Below are positions 8,763 to 13,384 of a DNA stretch of 13,384 nt, in pieces. Positions within the stretch are counted from its first letter, which is position 1. The number at the start of each line of letters is the position of its first letter. The position numbers and the translations under genes are program-made. The DNA comes from Caldithrix sp. (GTDB lineage: Bacteria > Calditrichota > Calditrichia > Calditrichales > Calditrichaceae), in NCBI GenBank assembly GCA_014730185.1, contig WJIP01000195.1:1-13384 (forward strand). The letters run 5' to 3'. The notes below the pieces were generated by a model that saw only the letters and a program-made list of their open reading frames with translations, made no database searches and was not told the origin of the DNA.

Positions 8763-9026
8763 TTAATTCTGGACATTCTCCAGAACGCTGACGCGTTTTT
8801 TGGTTTTACCCATCCGTTCAAATTTAACATAACCATTTATTTTAGAAAACAATGTATCATCGCTACCGATTCCCACGTTTTCACCAGGATGAATTTTGGT
8901 ACCACGCTGACGCATAATAATAGCTCCGGCATTTACAAACTGCCCACCGAAGGCTTTTACGCCCAATCGTTTGGATTCACTTTCCCGGCCGTTTCTGGAA
9001 CTGCCAACACCTTTTTTATGGGCCAT
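8763..9026 (-). CDS. rpmA: 50S ribosomal protein L27
   Basis: [29 protein letters not shown]... is the canonical L27 N-terminus at 87 aa. The ATG abuts the rplU TAA (TAAATG), and the GGAG in the rplU 3' end serves as its SD. Confidence 0.95.
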   Translation of the reverse strand: MAHKKGVGSSRNGRESESKRLGVKAFGGQFVNAGAIIMRQRGTKIHPGENVGIGSDDTLFSKINGYVKFERMGKTKKRVSVLENVQN

Positions 9027-9497
9027 TTAAGACTCCTTTTCTTCTTTCTTTGTTTTCTTGGGAGCGGCTTTTGGCTTACTCTCCGCCTTGGCTTTCGTTT
9101 TAGTCTGCGTGTCTTTTTTTACCGTCGCAGACTTAGCGTTCGTACTCTCATCAGCGGCTTTGTCTTTTTTTGGCGCTGCTTTAACTTTACCAATGTTATC
9201 AATTTGAATCAGTGTATACGGCTGCCGGTGCCCTTTTTTAACACGATAGCCTTTACGCCGTTTTTTCTTAAAAACGGTAATTTTTTTATCTTTGCCGTTT
9301 TCTACCACCGTTGCAGAAACCTGCATGTTTTTAACAACAGGATTACCGATCTGAGGTTTGCCTTTGTCGTCTTCGAAAAAAAGTACTTTATCAAATTTAA
9401 CGGTTTTTTTATTCTGCGTATCCAGCAGGGGCACGCGAAGCTTCTGATTCTGCTCAACTTTATACTGTTTTCCACCGATCTCCACAATGGCGTACAT
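9027..9497 (-). CDS. rplU: 50S ribosomal protein L21 with a ~55-aa Lys/Ala/Thr-rich C-terminal extension
   Basis: MYAIVEIGGKQYKVEQNQKLRVP... is the canonical L21 start. The ATG at 9495-9497 has AGGAG 8 nt upstream. The track's extra 9 codons begin at a TTG. The tail KAAPKKDKAADESTNAKSATVKKDTQTKTKAKAESKPKAAPKKTKKEEKES is low-complexity and basic. Confidence 0.9.
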   Translation of the reverse strand: MYAIVEIGGKQYKVEQNQKLRVPLLDTQNKKTVKFDKVLFFEDDKGKPQIGNPVVKNMQVSATVVENGKDKKITVFKKKRRKGYRVKKGHRQPYTLIQIDNIGKVKAAPKKDKAADESTNAKSATVKKDTQTKTKAKAESKPKAAPKKTKKEEKES

Positions 9498-9538
9498 TAT
9501 TCTATCTCCTAAAATTGAATTCAAAAAAATAAGCCTTT

Positions 9539-9567
9539 AATTTAATTTGCTTCCACAGACTTGTCAA
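9539..9567 (-). promoter_or_regulatory. Candidate sigma70-type promoter for rplU-rpmA
   Basis: The minus strand reads TTGACA (plus 9562-9567), a 17-nt spacer, then TAAATT (plus 9539-9544), about 40 nt upstream of the rplU ATG. Confidence 0.35.
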
Positions 9568-9746
9568 ATTTTTGTCAGAGTTCCGAAGTTCCTAAGGGAC
9601 GTAGTGGAAAGCCTGTTAGCTTTGAGAAAAATAGATACATATTTGATAAATAAATCTCGGTTATTTAAATTATTGTTGAAAAGTTATCAATTGAGGTTAT
9701 GAGTGTAGCTTAGAAATCATTATAAGACACCAATCAGGGAGGCAAG

Positions 9747-10091
9747 ATGAATATTTACCATGAACCGGCGGCTGAAATGAGTGCGAAAGCCCGGGATTTG
9801 ACACGGGCCTTGGCCAGCTTAAAGGAAGAAATTGAAGCTGTTGATTGGTACAATCAACGTGTGGATTTAACCGAAGATGAAAAATTAAAAAAACTGTTGG
9901 CCCATAATCGGGACGAAGAGATCGAACACGCTTGTATGACCCTGGAATGGTTAAGGCGTAACATGGATGGATGGGATGAACAGCTGAGATTGTATTTATT
10001 TACCGAAGATGATATAACCGACCCTGAAGACCATGATCAGGATTCGAATGCAGGTAAGGATTCGGATAATCTGGGTATTGGTGAATTATAG
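9747..10091 (+). CDS. Encapsulated ferritin-like protein (EncFtn-type encapsulin cargo) with a C-terminal targeting peptide
   Basis: EAVDWYNQRVD...LLAHNRDEEIEHACMTLEWLRRN...LRLYLFTE matches my recollection of the EncFtn ferritin-like core (ExxH-containing helices). The acidic linker ends in ...SDNLGIGEL, which fits the family-1 cargo-loading peptide consensus (G)SLGIGSL. GGGAGG lies 5 nt upstream of the ATG. The gene sits immediately 5' of the shell gene. Confidence 0.75.
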   Translation: MNIYHEPAAEMSAKARDLTRALASLKEEIEAVDWYNQRVDLTEDEKLKKLLAHNRDEEIEHACMTLEWLRRNMDGWDEQLRLYLFTEDDITDPEDHDQDSNAGKDSDNLGIGEL

Positions 10092-10106
10092 AATGAAGGA
10101 GTCAAA

Positions 10107-10904
10107 ATGATGGATATTTTAAAAAAAGGTTTAGCACCGATTACCGATCAGGCATGGCAGGTTATCGAAGAAGAAAGTCGCGAAATGTTAACAATGCATC
10201 TGACCGCCCGCCGGTTTGTAGATTTGGATGGCCCCAATGGCATCGCCTTCAGTGCGGTCTCTCTGGGGCAATTGGCTTTACCAAAAAATCAAAAAAAAGA
10301 CGAAGTGCAATATGGAATACACACTGTTTTACCCTTAATGGAAGTGCGCATGCCGTTTGATCTGAATATTTGGGAGCTGGATAATCTGCATCGGGGCAAA
10401 GAAAATATCGATTTAACAAATATGGAAAAGGCTGCTAAAAAAATTGCCCAGTTTGAAGAGCAGGCCATTTATTATGGTTTTGAAGGTGGCTCCATTCAAG
10501 GTTTGTATGAAAAAAGTGAGCATAAAAGCCGTCCGATGCCTAAAAATGCCGAACAAACCCTGAAAAGCCTTCCCGAGGGTATTCAAACGCTAAAGGATAA
10601 TGCCGTAGACGGTCCCTACCATTTGATAGTGAACCCCAATAAATGGCAGGAGATCAGCAGTTATGTCAAAGGGTATCCGCTAAAAAAGCAGGTTGAAAAT
10701 ATGCTTGAGGGTCGGGTGGTTACGTGTCCAAATATCAGCGGTATGTTTCTGGTACCCCTAAGAGGTGGTCATTTTAAACTGACGATTGGCATGGATTTGT
10801 CCATAGGCTATGAGTCGCACAATGCTAAGGAAGTGAAGTTGTATTTTACCGAATCTTTTACATTTCAGGTGCTCGATCCGGCTGCCTATATTATATTTGA
10901 ATAA
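10107..10904 (+). CDS. Family-1 encapsulin nanocompartment shell protein (HK97 fold, Linocin_M18-like)
   Basis: The 265 aa length is typical. The LKKGLAPITDQAWQVIEEESRE N-terminus and blocks such as WELDNLHRGKENIDL, GPYHLIVNPNKW, GGHFKLTIGMDLSIGYES and FTESFTFQV match blocks I recall from characterised T4-type encapsulins. AAGGAG lies 5 nt upstream of the ATG, which is 15 nt after the cargo stop. Confidence 0.9.
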   Translation: MMDILKKGLAPITDQAWQVIEEESREMLTMHLTARRFVDLDGPNGIAFSAVSLGQLALPKNQKKDEVQYGIHTVLPLMEVRMPFDLNIWELDNLHRGKENIDLTNMEKAAKKIAQFEEQAIYYGFEGGSIQGLYEKSEHKSRPMPKNAEQTLKSLPEGIQTLKDNAVDGPYHLIVNPNKWQEISSYVKGYPLKKQVENMLEGRVVTCPNISGMFLVPLRGGHFKLTIGMDLSIGYESHNAKEVKLYFTESFTFQVLDPAAYIIFE

Positions 10905-10936
10905 ATACTATCATAATATTTATTTAGTGCCGGGGT

Positions 10937-10976
10937 GTATACAATAGCCACGCATGAACAGTGTTGTATACTTTTT
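10937..10976 (+). terminator. Candidate terminator of the encapsulin operon
   Basis: An 8-bp stem gtatacaa/ttgtatac closes a 19-nt loop and is followed by TTTTT (10972-10976), about 35 nt after the encapsulin stop. Confidence 0.4.
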
Positions 10977-11172
10977 GCTAATCTGGTTAAGAATGCGTAA
11001 TTTGTTTGGTTCAGCCATTGAAACCAATGGGTATGGTTGATTTCTTTAGAGAGAGGAGTCAAAAATGGCGAAAAAAGAAGTCGGTTGCGCTCGACCGACA
11101 GGAGCACGCGTTGGTGAATCGTCTGCCGATGAAATAACCGTTAATGAACAGAAAGAAAAAGAGGAGAAAGTT

Positions 11173-11781
11173 ATGAGCACGGCAAAAGTAGGGGCAAAAG
11201 CCCCGGATTTTCAGGCGCCGGCTTATTTTAAAGGGGAATTCACGGAGGTGCAACTTTCCGATTTCCTGGGTAAGTGGGTGCTGTTATGTTTTTATCCCGG
11301 TGACTTCACATTCGTTTGAGCGACTGAAGTGTCAGCGGTCGCTGCCAACTATGATACATTACAGGAACTTGGAGTACATGTTATCTCCGTGAGCGTCGAT
11401 AGTCAGTTTGTCCATAAAGTTTGGAATGATCAAGAGCTATCCAAGATGATCGATGGAGATATTCCCTTTCATATGGCCTCGGATGGTTCCGGAGAGGTAG
11501 GCAAGATTTATGGAGTATACGATGAAATGGCTGGTGTTGAGTTGCGTGGCCGTTTTATCATCGATCCGGATGGCGTTGTTCAGGCCATGGAAGTGATGAC
11601 CCCTCCTGTAGGGCGCCAGCTCGCCGAGACGATCCGGCAGGTTAAAGCCTTTCAGCATGTGCGGGCCACATCCGGTGCGGAAGCTTGCCCGGCAGGATGG
11701 GAACCCGGAAAACCCACACTCAAACCTGGGCCTGCTCTGGTGGGCAATGTATGGAAAGAGTGGAAACCCACAAAATTGTAA
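11173..11781 (+). CDS. Selenocysteine-containing 2-Cys peroxiredoxin (AhpC/TSA family); the in-frame TGA at 11317-11319 is read as Sec
   Basis: Track ORFs 11065..11319 and 11329..11781 lie in one frame separated only by TGA. The joined product reads ...[28 protein letters not shown]...[12 protein letters not shown]...[11 protein letters not shown]...[18 protein letters not shown]. This is the canonical FTFVCPTE peroxidatic-Cys motif with TGA at the Cys, plus the EVCPAGW resolving-Cys motif. At 202 aa the length is standard for a Prx. GAGGAG lies 6 nt upstream of the ATG at 11173. An alternative in-frame ATG at 11065 also has AGGAG. Confidence 0.75.
11319..11343 (+). promoter_or_regulatory. 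Candidate bacterial SECIS hairpin immediately 3' of the UGA
   Basis: A 6-bp stem agcgac(11319-11324)/gtcgct(11338-11343) encloses a 3-bp upper stem tga/tca with apical loop AGUG 9-12 nt after the UGA. The position and GU-containing apical loop fit a bSECIS. An alternative fold, CG/CUGA-AGUG-UCAG/CG with a bulged A, gives the same apex. Confidence 0.5.
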
Positions 11782-11845
11782 ACGGAGCGTTTAAAAGCCA
11801 TACCCATTGGTTTGCTTTGGTGCTAGGATTTTGGTAAGTAAATTT

Positions 11846-11875
11846 ATCAATTCACAGATGCAAAAGTGAATTGAT
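11846..11875 (+). terminator. Candidate terminator of the peroxiredoxin gene
   Basis: A perfect 10-bp stem atcaattcac/gtgaattgat with a 10-nt loop sits 65 nt after the stop and is followed by TATTGTGTT, a weak U-tract. Confidence 0.4.
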
Positions 11876-12344
11876 TATTGTGTTAGGTTTGAGTGTCCGC
11901 TTACGATTTAACCCGATTCTGATGATATGGTCGCAATCGAATTATAAGTTGATGCCTGCAATGGATTTGGATTTAATCTCAATCTTGATGAAACAAAGAT
12001 GTCTGATAAAATGATCTTCGTCAAAATTCTTATTATACCTTCAATACTACATCTTCCAGCCGGCACCATTTAAAGCCCCTAATTATTAAAGCCCTTCATA
12101 ATAGTGGTTGATGACGGTCACACCCGCAGTAAATAATTGTTTTGCGTGAAATAATCGGATGAAACAACCGGTTTATAACGATATTCCAGTTGTTTAAAAT
12201 TTTTTGGGAATTCATATGAGCTGAAGTGGCTTAGTTATGATTTATGTAAAATAGTGTTCTAATGGCTTATTGGCTTGCCGTATATCGAGTCATTTATCAC
12301 GAATGACAAATTAATATTTTTTACTAAACACAGGGGGATATCAA

Positions 12345-13384
12345 ATGAGGCATTTTTACTCTTATAGGTTGCTGACTTTATTAATATTGTTGGCGCCTGG
12401 AATAATTTTCAGCCAATTATCGGGTACCTATACCATAGGAGCGGGCGGGGACTACACGACCTTCTCAGATGCAGCGGATGATCTTAATACCGATGGGGTA
12501 ACCGGAACGGTAACGTTCGATGTTATCAGCGGTTCTTACAATGAGCAGTTTGCAATCGGTGGGATAAGCGGGGTGAGCGCATCCAATACCGTTACCTTTC
12601 AAGCTCAATCCGGAGACGCAGCTGATGTAACGATTTCATATACGGCCAGCGGTTCATCCGATAATTATATTGTACAATTGGATAACACTGATCATATCAT
12701 GTTCAAAAATTTATCATTTAATACCACGGGCTCAAGTTACGCCAGAGTATTCGACCTGCGAAATAATGTAGATCATTTAACGATTGATCAATGCGAATTA
12801 TCCGGAAGTCCAACAACTTCGAGCAGTACCAATTATGCTCTTATTTATGGAGATGATCTTAACGGTACAGATTTTCTGATTACCGATAACACTTTCATTG
12901 ATGGTTCATCAGCGGTGTATCTAAGGGGTGTCAGTTCTGCAAGCAGAGCAAGCAACTCAGTCATTGAAAACAATGATATTTCCGGCGACCTCTATTATGG
13001 CATTTATTTAAGCTATTTCAATAACCATGAAATCACGCAAAATTTGTTGGAAGTTCGCAACTATGGATTCTATCTGCAGGATACCGATGGACGTGTGAGG
13101 GTGGAAAATAATCGTTTACAGACCCGTTTAAGTTACGGTATTTATATAGTAAGTAGCGAGGGCAATGCGGATCGTCTGAGAATTGCCAATAACTTTTTAA
13201 GCAATACTTATACAGGTACGAATTATGGTTTATACACCAACAACAATTCCAATTTGGACATCTACCACAACAGCGTTCATCTGACGCGATCGTCAAGTGG
13301 CTATGCCCTATACCAGACGGGCAGCGGCAATGACATCAACATCGTCAATAACATTTTTGCCAATTTCGGCGGCGGCTATGCTAC
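12345..13384 (+). CDS. Secreted right-handed parallel beta-helix (pectate-lyase-fold) repeat protein, 5' part; continues past the window end
   Basis: My own translation from the ATG at 12345 reads MRHFYSYRLLTLLILLAPGIIFSQLSGTYTIGAGGDYTTFSDAADDL...VIENNDISGDLYYGIYLSY...RVENNRLQTRLSYGIYIV...IANNFLSNTYTGTNYGLYTNNNSNLDIYHNSVHL... This shows a signal peptide and repeated NNx(I/L)...YG(I/L)Y PbH1-like coils. The ORF is open to base 13384. GGGGG lies 8 nt upstream of the ATG. It is absent from the track because it has no stop. Confidence 0.7.
   Translation, partial: MRHFYSYRLLTLLILLAPGIIFSQLSGTYTIGAGGDYTTFSDAADDLNTDGVTGTVTFDVISGSYNEQFAIGGISGVSASNTVTFQAQSGDAADVTISYTASGSSDNYIVQLDNTDHIMFKNLSFNTTGSSYARVFDLRNNVDHLTIDQCELSGSPTTSSSTNYALIYGDDLNGTDFLITDNTFIDGSSAVYLRGVSSASRASNSVIENNDISGDLYYGIYLSYFNNHEITQNLLEVRNYGFYLQDTDGRVRVENNRLQTRLSYGIYIVSSEGNADRLRIANNFLSNTYTGTNYGLYTNNNSNLDIYHNSVHLTRSSSGYALYQTGSGNDINIVNNIFANFGGGYA

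Noticed and set aside
8889-9512. 207-aa plus-strand ORF, plus 9302-9487 on the minus strand
   Set aside because: It is antisense to, or out of frame with, the well-supported rplU and rpmA genes. The translation is F/L-rich low complexity, typical of a shadow ORF opposite a Lys-rich (AAA/AAG) coding strand.
10154-10360. 68-aa plus-strand ORF in an alternative frame of the encapsulin gene, plus 10886-11107, 11059-11253 and 11437-11658 on the minus strand
   Set aside because: They overlap confidently assigned genes (encapsulin, Prx) or the Prx leader, and show no independent signals.
11065-11172. The 36-aa N-terminal extension of the Prx as an encapsulin targeting peptide
   Set aside because: No LGIG/GSLxIGSL-like motif. 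Family-1 loading peptides are normally C-terminal. The downstream ATG has a stronger SD. Kept only as a start-site ambiguity.
11317-11319. In-frame TGA in the peroxiredoxin read as a pseudogene, frameshift or alternative genetic code
   Set aside because: The reading frame is unchanged across the TGA. The TGA sits exactly at the catalytic Cys of FTFVCPTE, and a SECIS-like hairpin follows. TGA terminates other genes here (sulfotransferase at 229-231, for example) and long ORFs are not fragmented, so code 4 or 25 is excluded. Selenocysteine is the better explanation.
13033-13296. 87-aa minus-strand ORF
   Set aside because: It lies wholly inside the plus-strand beta-helix gene, which has a signal peptide and SD. 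It is antisense and Cys/Trp-rich, with the look of a shadow ORF.
1-13384. CRISPR arrays, IS elements or transposases, integrases, tRNA or rRNA genes
   Set aside because: I found no periodic direct repeats with spacers, no terminal inverted repeats flanking a transposase-like ORF, and no sequence with tRNA cloverleaf or rRNA features. The window looks like core chromosome.

Overview
This looks like a chromosomal window from a Gram-negative-type bacterium. TGA is used as an ordinary stop codon (229-231, for example), ORFs are long and unbroken, and rplU-rpmA sit adjacent with no ysxB-like gene between them. From left to right the window holds: (1) a minus-strand glycan-modification operon of PIG-L/LmbE deacetylase, PAPS-type sulfotransferase and a partial WbqC-like gene; (2) an M29 aminopeptidase with its own terminator; (3) a translationally coupled pair of a secreted NHL-repeat beta-propeller protein and a roughly 1175-aa secreted outer-membrane-type protein of unrecognised family; (4) a small DUF2892 membrane protein; (5) rplU-rpmA with a promoter, a terminator and a long Lys/Ala-rich L21 tail; (6) a divergently transcribed family-1 encapsulin operon of an EncFtn-like cargo carrying a C-terminal LGIG targeting peptide, then the encapsulin shell; (7) directly downstream, a 2-Cys peroxiredoxin with an in-frame TGA at the peroxidatic Cys position followed by a SECIS-like hairpin, so a likely selenocysteine peroxiredoxin that the ORF track split into two ORFs; (8) a partial secreted right-handed beta-helix protein. 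I saw no CRISPR array, rRNA, tRNA or mobile element. Several ORF-track starts are TTG-extended, and in each case an ATG or GTG with a good Shine-Dalgarno lies just inside.
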